Shown here one piece after another: positions 16,998 through 23,904 of a stretch of DNA of 24,994 nucleotides. This DNA comes from an uncultured Candidatus Saccharibacteria bacterium (GTDB lineage Bacteria; Patescibacteriota; Minisyncoccia; Phycocordibacterales; Zambryskibacteraceae). The number at the start of each line of letters is the position of its first letter. The stretch's first letter is position 1. The position numbers and the translations under genes were made by a program. The DNA lies in assembly GCA_964526075.1 (NCBI GenBank), contig CAZGIA010000004.1, positions 1 to 24,994 of the forward strand. The letters run 5' to 3'. The notes under the pieces are model-generated. The model was not told the DNA's origin and did no database searches. It worked only from the letters and a program-made list of their open reading frames with translations.

Positions 16998-17026
16998 TTG
17001 ACTATTTTAAATAAAGTTTGTATAGT
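16998..17026 (+). promoter_or_regulatory. Promoter of cassette 4
   Basis: TTGACT-17-TATAGT; GAGG at 17053-17056. Confidence 0.8.
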
Positions 17027-17061
17027 AAAAATAGACGCGAATTTTAGGAATTGAGGCACAT

Positions 17062-17391
17062 ATGACGATGACAAGGGAAGAATTTCTCAACCTGGTTCAG
17101 GAGGCGGTCGAAATCGTTGATGGAGGCCAAACGGACGAGGAGGATAAAAAGAACGAGAACGATGAGCTGTGGGACGACAACGGAAAGTTGCATGGGGGCT
17201 TCTACGCCGCTTCTGAAAGGGCCGCCAGAGAAGTAGGTCTCCCAGTCACGGAAGAGAAGGGAGATCTGGTGGTCCTGGCTATCTATTGGCGGCAGGAGGA
17301 CGCTTTGTTTGGAGAAGAAGGCCCTTCTTTGAAGCTTCCAGATCTGATTCGCCATATCGATGCGGCGTGGGAGCACATGCAGAAACTCTAG
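17062..17391 (+). CDS. 109-aa acidic ORFan, cassette 4
   Basis: Has its own promoter, SD and terminator; about 26 D/E versus 11 K/R; no family recognised. Confidence 0.72.
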   Translation: MTMTREEFLNLVQEAVEIVDGGQTDEEDKKNENDELWDDNGKLHGGFYAASERAAREVGLPVTEEKGDLVVLAIYWRQEDALFGEEGPSLKLPDLIRHIDAAWEHMQKL

Positions 17392-17401
17392 TTCTTCATC
17401 T

Positions 17402-17427
17402 GGGCGGACCATCGCGGTCCGCCCTTT
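17402..17427 (+). terminator. Hairpin terminator of cassette 4
   Basis: GGGCGGACC-ATCGC-GGTCCGCCC followed by TTT. Confidence 0.75.
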
Positions 17428-17460
17428 GCATATGTAGATACAATGTATATACTTATGTAT

Positions 17461-17697
17461 ATGACTACTAAGCTGAAAAGGTGGGGCAATAGTTATGGTA
17501 TTCGCGTACCTAAGAGCGAAGCTAAAAGATTGGGTATAAAAGAAGGTAGCCCAGTTAAATTTAATATCGAGCTCGTAAAGAAAAGAAAATATACCCTAGA
17601 GGAACTTGTGGCTCAAATTAATCCCAAAAATAGACACCCACTAATTGACTGGGGGCCTGATGTGGGTAACGAAATCTTACCTGAATGGAAAGAGTAA
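17461..17697 (+). CDS. mazE: AbrB/MazE family antitoxin
   Basis: TKLKRWGNSYGIRVPK..KYTLEELVAQINP..IDWGPDVGNE. Starts at ATG 17461, 7 nt after TATACT. Confidence 0.93.
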   Translation: MTTKLKRWGNSYGIRVPKSEAKRLGIKEGSPVKFNIELVKKRKYTLEELVAQINPKNRHPLIDWGPDVGNEILPEWKE

Positions 17698-18023
17698 AAT
17701 ATATTCCTGAGCGAGGTGATATTGTGAAGTTAAATTTAGGCCCCACCAGAGGTCACGAGCAGAGCGGCTACAGGCCTTTTGTAATTTTGTCTCGCTCAAT
17801 TTTTAATATGAATGGCGGGCATACCATTGGATGTCCGATTACTTCTAGAATCAGACATGACCCATTTGAAACACTCATAAATACATCAAGTGTTAAGGGT
17901 GTGATTTTAATTGATCAGATCCGTACAATTGACTATCTTTCTCGCAAGGTTAAGTATGTCTGCAAATGTCCGCCAGAAGTTCTATATGAAGTTACATCAA
18001 AACTAGAAACCTTAATCCATTAG
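17685..18023 (+). CDS. mazF: PemK/MazF family endoribonuclease toxin
   Basis: YIPERGDIVKLNLGPTRGHEQSGYRPFVILS..CPITS..DQIRTID; overlaps the antitoxin by 13 nt. Confidence 0.94.
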   Translation: MERVKYIPERGDIVKLNLGPTRGHEQSGYRPFVILSRSIFNMNGGHTIGCPITSRIRHDPFETLINTSSVKGVILIDQIRTIDYLSRKVKYVCKCPPEVLYEVTSKLETLIH

Positions 18024-18127
18024 TTGCCGAGCTAAGAAATATTCCAACAAGTTTATTGTTTCAAGACGCAAGGTTGGGAAGAGGAAATAAGATAAGAGAT
18101 TCAATGGAATTAAGATTTTTTGGTATC

Positions 18128-18156
18128 TTGCATTTTTTTTGTAAACCTTGTAAGGT
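18128..18156 (+). promoter_or_regulatory. Promoter for rplJ-rplL
   Basis: TTGCAT-17-TAAGGT. Confidence 0.6.
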
Positions 18157-18171
18157 ATCCTTCGTAAGGTC

Positions 18172-18206
18172 AAAGATAAGAGGCAAACATAAGTCCTCTT
18201 GAGATC
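18172..18206 (+). ncRNA. Probable L10 leader (autoregulatory kink-turn mimic)
   Basis: AAAGAT-AAGAGG-caaacataagt-CCTCTT-GAGATC upstream of rplJ; AGA..stem..UAA..stem..GAG layout resembles known L10 leaders. Confidence 0.6.
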
Positions 18207-18257
18207 AGAATTCCTTCTTTCCTTATATGTATCTTTTACTAATTAATAGTAACTTTG

Positions 18258-18746
18258 ATGGCTATATCAAAGCAGAAGAAAGCAGATGTAGTTGAGAAAT
18301 TGGTGGGAGCCTTCAAGACAGCTCAATCTCTCGTCTTCGTGAACTTCAAAGGTCTGACTGTGGGCAAGACCACCAAGATGAGAGGAGAGCTTAAGAAAGA
18401 GGGCGTTTCTTATTCTGTAGCTAAAAAAACTCTCACTGACAGAGCGCTTGATGCTCAGAGCTATGTGGGTGATAAACCAGTGTTTGAAGGTGAACTTGCG
18501 ATAGCTTGGGGAGAAGATCTTCTTACTCCGGCAAGGGAGGTTTATACTTTCGTCAAGAAATTTCCCGAGAATCTTAAAATCTTAGGGGGAGTTTTCGAAG
18601 GTAGGTACATGTCCAAGGTGGAGATTGAAGAGATCGCTATGATTCCTCAGATTCCAGTCTTGCGTGGGATGTTTGTAAATATCATCAATTCTCCAATCCA
18701 GAGGTTCGTGATCGCTCTCGGCGAAATCGCTAAGACTAAAAATTAA
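18258..18746 (+). CDS. rplJ: 50S ribosomal protein L10
   Basis: MAISKQKK..FVNFKGLTV..YSVAKKTL..ILGGVFEG. Confidence 0.95.
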   Translation: MAISKQKKADVVEKLVGAFKTAQSLVFVNFKGLTVGKTTKMRGELKKEGVSYSVAKKTLTDRALDAQSYVGDKPVFEGELAIAWGEDLLTPAREVYTFVKKFPENLKILGGVFEGRYMSKVEIEEIAMIPQIPVLRGMFVNIINSPIQRFVIALGEIAKTKN

Positions 18747-18764
18747 AAATTGAAAATTAACAAT

Positions 18765-19136
18765 ATGTCAGATAAAACAGAAAAAATTATTGCAGAGGTT
18801 GAAGGTATGACAGTCCTCGAGCTCAATGTGTTGGTCAAGGCGTTCGAAGAGAAGTTCGGTGTGAGTGCCACAGCTGTCGCAGGACCCGCCTCCGCGCAAG
18901 GCTCCGGCGAGGTGATAGAAGAGAAGTCTACAGCTGATGTGGAACTTTCCTCATCAGGCGACAACAAGATTGCTGTCATTAAGGTAGTAAAGGAGGTTCT
19001 AGCTCTTGGTCTCAAGGAAGCTAAGGATCTCGTTGATGCCGCTCCATCTATGCTCAAAATTGGTATGAAGAAGGAAGAGGCAGAAGCCTTTAAGGCAACT
19101 ATTGAAACAGCAGGAGGAAAAGTTACCTTGAAGTAA
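18765..19136 (+). CDS. rplL: 50S ribosomal protein L7/L12
   Basis: [50 protein letters not shown]. Confidence 0.97.
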   Translation: MSDKTEKIIAEVEGMTVLELNVLVKAFEEKFGVSATAVAGPASAQGSGEVIEEKSTADVELSSSGDNKIAVIKVVKEVLALGLKEAKDLVDAAPSMLKIGMKKEEAEAFKATIETAGGKVTLK

Positions 19137-19266
19137 CTGTCGGGAGGGTTACCCTCGGTATATACTTGGAGGTTGAACCACTAAGTGTGATGAACCAACG
19201 GGCGCTCATAGTTATGGGTACTTTTGTCTGGTTGTAACTTATTCTTTGTCAGTTTAGAATACGGCT

Positions 19267-19890
19267 ATGTCTAAATCGGTTGCGCTTATCTTCGGAGGGG
19301 AGGGAAAGGTTAAGATTATGCGTCTTTTCATCTTTAATCCTGGAATTATTTTCACTTCATCTGAAGTTTCCAAGCGAGCCAAGGCTTCTCCTCTTGCTAC
19401 TAGACGAGAGCTTGGGGTTCTTCTTAAGGCTGGACTTATCAAGAAAGGCATCAAGGGTTATGTTCTCAATCGTTCCTATCGTTTCTTGACTGCTATAGGG
19501 AATTTCTTAATAGATGCTACTCCTCTCTCTGAAAGAGAGATAATTCGTAAGATTTCTTCAGCTGGCAATGTGAAGCTCATCCTCATAGCTGGAGTTTTTC
19601 TCCATAATTTAGATTCTAGGGTAGATATCCTTATAGTAGGGGATCATATAAAGCAAGGGAAGCTTCTCTCTGCTATTTCTTCTATTGAAGCTGAGCTTGG
19701 CAAAGAGCTTCGTTATGCAGTTTTTGAAACTCACGACTTCCAATATCGCTTGGGTATTTATGACAAGCTTATTAGAGACATTCTCGAGTCTCAGCATGAG
19801 AAAATTCTTAACAAATTGGGACTCCAAGCTCCTGCTAGTAACCCCTTAAATAAGGGAATGACTACTCCATCGGTTATCCACAGCATCTAA
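19267..19890 (+). CDS. Winged-HTH plus nucleotidyltransferase-like fold protein (hypothetical)
   Basis: N-terminal HTH-like LIFGG..KVKIMRLF..RRELGVLLKAGLI; C-terminal GVFL..DSRVDILIVGD resembles the MNT-fold GS/DxD region. Preceded by TTGTAA-17-TAGAAT-6-ATG. Confidence 0.65.
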   Translation: MSKSVALIFGGEGKVKIMRLFIFNPGIIFTSSEVSKRAKASPLATRRELGVLLKAGLIKKGIKGYVLNRSYRFLTAIGNFLIDATPLSEREIIRKISSAGNVKLILIAGVFLHNLDSRVDILIVGDHIKQGKLLSAISSIEAELGKELRYAVFETHDFQYRLGIYDKLIRDILESQHEKILNKLGLQAPASNPLNKGMTTPSVIHSI

Positions 19891-19980
19891 TTTCTCCTTT
19901 TTAGGGCTTAGATTTAGTTGTATAATTAATCCATACCCCTTTTAGAGGTAATTAATAGTTGAATATTCAGTTAAGAACAT

Positions 19981-20676
19981 ATGTTATTAAACACATGGAA
20001 TGAAGTTCTGACTCTTTCCTTCCAGAATCTCTGGGTAGGAGTGATCAACTTCGTTCCGAATCTGGTAATTGCACTCGTGATCCTCGTTCTTGGTTGGCTT
20101 ATTGGAGCCCTTTTGGGTCGCGCAGTTTGGCAAGTCATCAAGTCTCTCAAGGTTGACGAAGCTCTTCGGCGAGCGGGTCTTGAGACCTTCCTCCGTCGTG
20201 GTGGTGTAGATCTAGACTCAGGAGCCTTCTTAGGAGCTCTGGTGAAATGGTTTGTGATCGTAGTCTTCCTTGTAGCAGCTTTTGATGTCTTGGGTCTTTC
20301 CCAGGTTAATCTATTCCTTCAGGAGGTAGTTCTCGGTTATTTGCCACGAGTAATCGCAGCAGCCTTGGTGCTTCTTGTGGGAGGTGTGGTTGGTGATGTG
20401 GCTGGTCGTGTAGTCCTTACAGCCGCAAAAACTGCTGGTGTACATTCAGCACATTTTGCTTCGGCTGTGGCTAAGTGGGCGCTCTGGATTTTCGCAATCC
20501 TCGTGGCTCTCTCCCAACTCGGGATTGCTACCGCTTTCAGCCAAACTCTCTTTACTGGTCTGGTTATCGCTATCTCCTTGGCTCTTGGTCTTTCCTTCGG
20601 TCTTGGTGGTCAAGAGGCAGCTTCTCGTTACATCGAGAGATTGCGTGCTGAGATGAGTGGTCGAAACAACGGTTAA
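19981..20676 (+). CDS. MscS-associated TM-helix (CmpX-like) membrane protein
   Basis: Two repeated hydrophobic units (FVPNLVIALVILVLGWLI / YLPRVIAAALVLLVGGVV) and C-terminal ALGLSFGLGGQEAA. Confidence 0.8.
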   Translation: MLLNTWNEVLTLSFQNLWVGVINFVPNLVIALVILVLGWLIGALLGRAVWQVIKSLKVDEALRRAGLETFLRRGGVDLDSGAFLGALVKWFVIVVFLVAAFDVLGLSQVNLFLQEVVLGYLPRVIAAALVLLVGGVVGDVAGRVVLTAAKTAGVHSAHFASAVAKWALWIFAILVALSQLGIATAFSQTLFTGLVIAISLALGLSFGLGGQEAASRYIERLRAEMSGRNNG

Positions 20677-20735
20677 GTATTAGATCTTTAACCTACTCTA
20701 GGTTAGGAATTAGCTAGATAATACTTAAAGCGAGC

Positions 20736-20760
20736 AAAATCCGCCTTATGGGCGGATTTT
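20736..20760. terminator. Bidirectional intrinsic terminator
   Basis: AAAATCCGCC-TTATG-GGCGGATTTT. Confidence 0.85.
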
Positions 20761-20781
20761 GTTATATTTCTATGGATCGAT

Positions 20782-20810
20782 TTGACTTCATCCCTTGTTT
20801 TCTATACTAT
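20782..20810 (+). promoter_or_regulatory. Promoter for the rpsS-onward block
   Basis: TTGACT-17-TACTAT. Confidence 0.65.
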
Positions 20811-20856
20811 ATTTTATACAAGCGTTTCTGCGCTTTTTGTTTTCGTAACAACACAA

Positions 20857-21198
20857 ATGACACGTTCATCGATCAAAGGTCCATATGTTGACCCTCGCGT
20901 CTTGAAGAAGCTTGAGGGGAAGAAACCCGGCACTACTGGTGTTATTAAGACCTGGTCTAGAGCTTGTCAGGTGGCTCCCGAGATGGTTGGTTTTACCTTC
21001 GGAGTCCACAATGGTCGAGATCATATAGAAGTATTTATCACCGAGGACATGGTTGGACACCGCCTCGGTGAATTTTCGCTTACGAGAAAATTTCTTCGCC
21101 ATGGTGGCAAGATGCAGAAGGAGCTTGAGACCAAGCAGAAGGAGGGGGAGATTGCTGCAGCCAAGGCCGCTAAGGGCTCGGAAGCTACTAAAAAGTAA
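20857..21198 (+). CDS. rpsS: 30S ribosomal protein S19
   Basis: [30 protein letters not shown], with a C-terminal extension. Confidence 0.97.
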   Translation: MTRSSIKGPYVDPRVLKKLEGKKPGTTGVIKTWSRACQVAPEMVGFTFGVHNGRDHIEVFITEDMVGHRLGEFSLTRKFLRHGGKMQKELETKQKEGEIAAAKAAKGSEATKK

Positions 21199-21223
21199 TT
21201 TTTAATTTTTAATTTAAAAACTT

Positions 21224-21604
21224 ATGAATGAAGTTAAAGCAGAATTAAAAAATTATCGACAATCACCACGCAAGGTACGCTTGGTTGCTGATATGTTGCG
21301 TGGTAAGCCGATAGAAGAGGCTCTCACTCTTCTCTCTTTTGTACCCAAGCGAGCTGCCCTACCCTTATTGAAGTTACTAGCTTCAGCAAAAGCCAATGCG
21401 GTAAGCTTGGCCATTCCTACGGAGAATTTGAGAGTTAAGTCTATAATGGTTGATTCTGGCGCCATTTTATACAGAAGGATGCCACGCAGTCGTGGTATGG
21501 CCAATCCTTTAAGAAAGCGTACCAGCCATGTCAAAGTAGTTCTGGCTGAAGGCAAACCAAAGAAAATTAAAGCTAAAAGCAAGAAGCTAGCACCTAGCAC
21601 CTAA
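21224..21604 (+). CDS. rplV: 50S ribosomal protein L22
   Basis: YRQSPRKVRLVADMLRG..RMPRSRG..KRTSHVKVVL. Confidence 0.97.
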   Translation: MNEVKAELKNYRQSPRKVRLVADMLRGKPIEEALTLLSFVPKRAALPLLKLLASAKANAVSLAIPTENLRVKSIMVDSGAILYRRMPRSRGMANPLRKRTSHVKVVLAEGKPKKIKAKSKKLAPST

Positions 21605-21608
21605 TCCT

Positions 21609-22277
21609 ATGACCCACACAGTCCATCCTTATTCCCATCGTCTAGGTATGATCCGAGATTGGAAGTCTCGTTGGTTTTCTCCTAAGGGTAAGTACCAGAT
21701 AGCTCTTAAGGGTGACATTCTTATTCGTGAGTATCTTGAGAAGAAACTTAAAGGTTTCTTTGTCGCAGATATCGAGATTGAAAGAAGTGAGAAGCAGATG
21801 CGTGTAATTCTCTCCAGTTCTCGCCCAGGCATGATCATCGGTCGTCAAGGCGATGGGGCTGAAGCTCTGAGAAGTGAACTTAGGAAACTTCTCAGTAAGA
21901 ATAATCTCCTTGATGAAAAGAAGGTGGATCTCAAGCTTGATATCAAGGAAGTCAAGAACGCCGAGGCCAATGCCGCTATTGTAGCTCAGATGGTAGTTGA
22001 AGGACTTGAGAAACGTATGACCTTCCGTCGTGTGATGAAGATGACTGTAGAGAAGGTTATGGCCAATCGTGACGTTTTAGGAGTTAAGATAGTGCTTTCT
22101 GGTATGATCACCAGCGGTATGGCTCGTACTGAGACCCTCAAGAAGGGGCGTATTCCGCTTCAAACTTTTCGAGCTGATGTGGATTACGCTTGTACTACCG
22201 CTCGTCTCACTCTAGGAGCTGTGGGTGTGAAGGTTTGGATTTACAAGGGAGATATCTTTGCTGATGCAAAAAAATAA
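21609..22277 (+). CDS. rpsC: 30S ribosomal protein S3
   Basis: VHPYSHRLG..SSRPGMIIGRQG..GRIPLQTFRADVDY..GVKVWIYKG. Confidence 0.97.
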   Translation: MTHTVHPYSHRLGMIRDWKSRWFSPKGKYQIALKGDILIREYLEKKLKGFFVADIEIERSEKQMRVILSSSRPGMIIGRQGDGAEALRSELRKLLSKNNLLDEKKVDLKLDIKEVKNAEANAAIVAQMVVEGLEKRMTFRRVMKMTVEKVMANRDVLGVKIVLSGMITSGMARTETLKKGRIPLQTFRADVDYACTTARLTLGAVGVKVWIYKGDIFADAKK

Positions 22278-22360
22278 CTAATTTCTAATTGACCTAATTA
22301 ACCTAAAATGAACTCACTTAGAACAATTAGAATAATTAGAAATTAGAATAATTTACTATT

Positions 22361-22777
22361 ATGTTTTTCCCAAAAAAAGTTAAATACAGAAAGTGGCACA
22401 CCATGAGGAAAAATCCAACCAAGGTTGGCGTAGCGTCTCGTGGTGTGACAGTGGCTTTCGGATCCTTTGGTCTCAAGGCCATGGCTCCAGCTCGTATTAA
22501 ATCGAATCAAATTGAATCAGCTCGAAAAGTACTTTCTCGTTCAATAGGTAAGACTGGTCGACTTTGGATTCGTATCTTTCCTGATATGCCTTACACTGAG
22601 AAGCCAGCGGAGGTGAAGCTTGGAAAAGGCAAAGGAGATTTGGCTGGTTATGTCGCTCCGGTACTTCCGGGTCGTATCCTTTTCGAGGTTGATGGCATTG
22701 AGGAGGCTATGGCCAGAGAGGCCTTGAGAAAGGCAGGTACTAAGCTTCCAGTTAAGACTAAAATTGTGGCCAGATAG
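22361..22777 (+). CDS. rplP: 50S ribosomal protein L16
   Basis: PKKVKYRKWH..QIESARK..WIRIFPD..GKGKG. Confidence 0.97.
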   Translation: MFFPKKVKYRKWHTMRKNPTKVGVASRGVTVAFGSFGLKAMAPARIKSNQIESARKVLSRSIGKTGRLWIRIFPDMPYTEKPAEVKLGKGKGDLAGYVAPVLPGRILFEVDGIEEAMAREALRKAGTKLPVKTKIVAR

Positions 22778-22798
22778 TTCGTAAACTCATAAAGTAAT

Positions 22799-22978
22799 AT
22801 GAAAAAGACCAATTATATCGGGAAGACAAAAGAGGATCTTGTAAAATCTCTATACGAAAAGAGAGAATCACTTCGTGCTTTCCGTTTTGGTGAAGCTGGC
22901 TCAAAAACTAGAAATGTGAAGGAAGGTATTAGTTTAAGAAAGGATATTGCCCGTATCATGACTGAACTGAATAAATAG
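22799..22978 (+). CDS. rpmC: 50S ribosomal protein L29
   Basis: 59-aa ORF missing from the track: MKKTNYIGKTKEDLVKSLYEKRESLRAFRF..LRKDIARIMTELNK, in the canonical position between rplP and rpsQ. Confidence 0.92.
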   Translation: MKKTNYIGKTKEDLVKSLYEKRESLRAFRFGEAGSKTRNVKEGISLRKDIARIMTELNK

Positions 22979-23002
22979 TTCGACAAGCTCACTACAAGTA
23001 AT

Positions 23003-23251
23003 ATGAACAAAAAACAAACAAAAGGAAAAATACTTTCTGGCATAGTCATCTCCACCAAGATGAAGGATACTATTGTGGTGAAGGTAGATCGATTTGAAAA
23101 ACATGCCAAATATGAGAAGTTCATCAAGCGCTCCAAGAAGTTCAAGGCTCATGATGCTAGCAATACTGCTACTCTTGGTGATAAGGTAGATATCGTTGAA
23201 ACTAAGCCAATTTCTAAGGACAAACACTTCAGGCTAGTCCCTAGAACCTAG
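23003..23251 (+). CDS. rpsQ: 30S ribosomal protein S17
   Basis: GIVISTKMKDTIVV..KKFKAHD..IVETKPISKDKHFRL. Confidence 0.97.
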   Translation: MNKKQTKGKILSGIVISTKMKDTIVVKVDRFEKHAKYEKFIKRSKKFKAHDASNTATLGDKVDIVETKPISKDKHFRLVPRT

Positions 23252-23269
23252 TCCCTAGCACCTACCTAA

Positions 23270-23641
23270 ATGATCCAAGCACAAAGTATAGTTCAAATAG
23301 CAGATAACTCTGGCGCCAAGATCGGCAGAGTCTTCAAGGTGCTTGGTGCATCCAAGAAGCGTACAGCCTCAATTGGTGAACTAGTCGTCCTCTCTGTGCA
23401 AAAAGCTGAGCCCCGCAAGCAGGTCAAGAAGAAGGATGTGCTCTATGGGGTGGTGGTTCGTCAGAAATCACCTTTCCGCAGAAAGGACGGCACCTATCTT
23501 CGCTTTGATGAAAATGCGGTTGTGATTCTTGATAATGCTAAGAAGGAGCCGATGGCTGGTCGTGTCTTCGGGCCAGTACCGAGAGAGATTGGTGAGCGTG
23601 GTTTCCAAAGTATTATTTCTAAGGCCCCTGAAGTCGTATAG
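23270..23641 (+). CDS. rplN: 50S ribosomal protein L14
   Basis: MIQ..ADNSGAK..RFDENAVVI..RVFGPVPREI. Confidence 0.98.
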   Translation: MIQAQSIVQIADNSGAKIGRVFKVLGASKKRTASIGELVVLSVQKAEPRKQVKKKDVLYGVVVRQKSPFRRKDGTYLRFDENAVVILDNAKKEPMAGRVFGPVPREIGERGFQSIISKAPEVV

Positions 23642-23667
23642 TTTAAAGCTGATTATAAATAACTTTT

Positions 23668-23883
23668 ATGCACGTCAAAAAAGGAGACAACATTATAGTA
23701 CTTACCGGTAAGGACAGGGGTGTCTCTGGTAAGATTTTGCGTGCTTTTCCAAGTGAGGGCATGGTCTTAGTTGAAGGTGTAAATATTAAAAAAGTTCACG
23801 AAAAATCAAAGAAGGGTAAGGGCAAGGGCCAGATTATTGAAAAGGCTTTTCCAATTCATGTCTCGAATGTGAGAAAGCAATGA
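23668..23883 (+). CDS. rplX: 50S ribosomal protein L24 (short, 71 aa)
   Basis: VKKGDNIIVLTGKDRG..VLVEGVN..PIHVSNV. Confidence 0.95.
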   Translation: MHVKKGDNIIVLTGKDRGVSGKILRAFPSEGMVLVEGVNIKKVHEKSKKGKGKGQIIEKAFPIHVSNVRKQ

Positions 23884-23904
23884 ATATTGTAAATTAGCGA
23901 AACC

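Noticed and set aside
17461-18023. Link between MazF and the leaderless genes (stress-ribosome model)
   Set aside because: The leaderless geometry here is promoter-encoded, and nothing in the sequence ties it to MazF cleavage.
19137-19230. Hairpin GAGGG-TTA-CCCTC after rplL as a terminator or ncRNA
   Set aside because: The stem is only 5 bp with no U-tract; support is insufficient.
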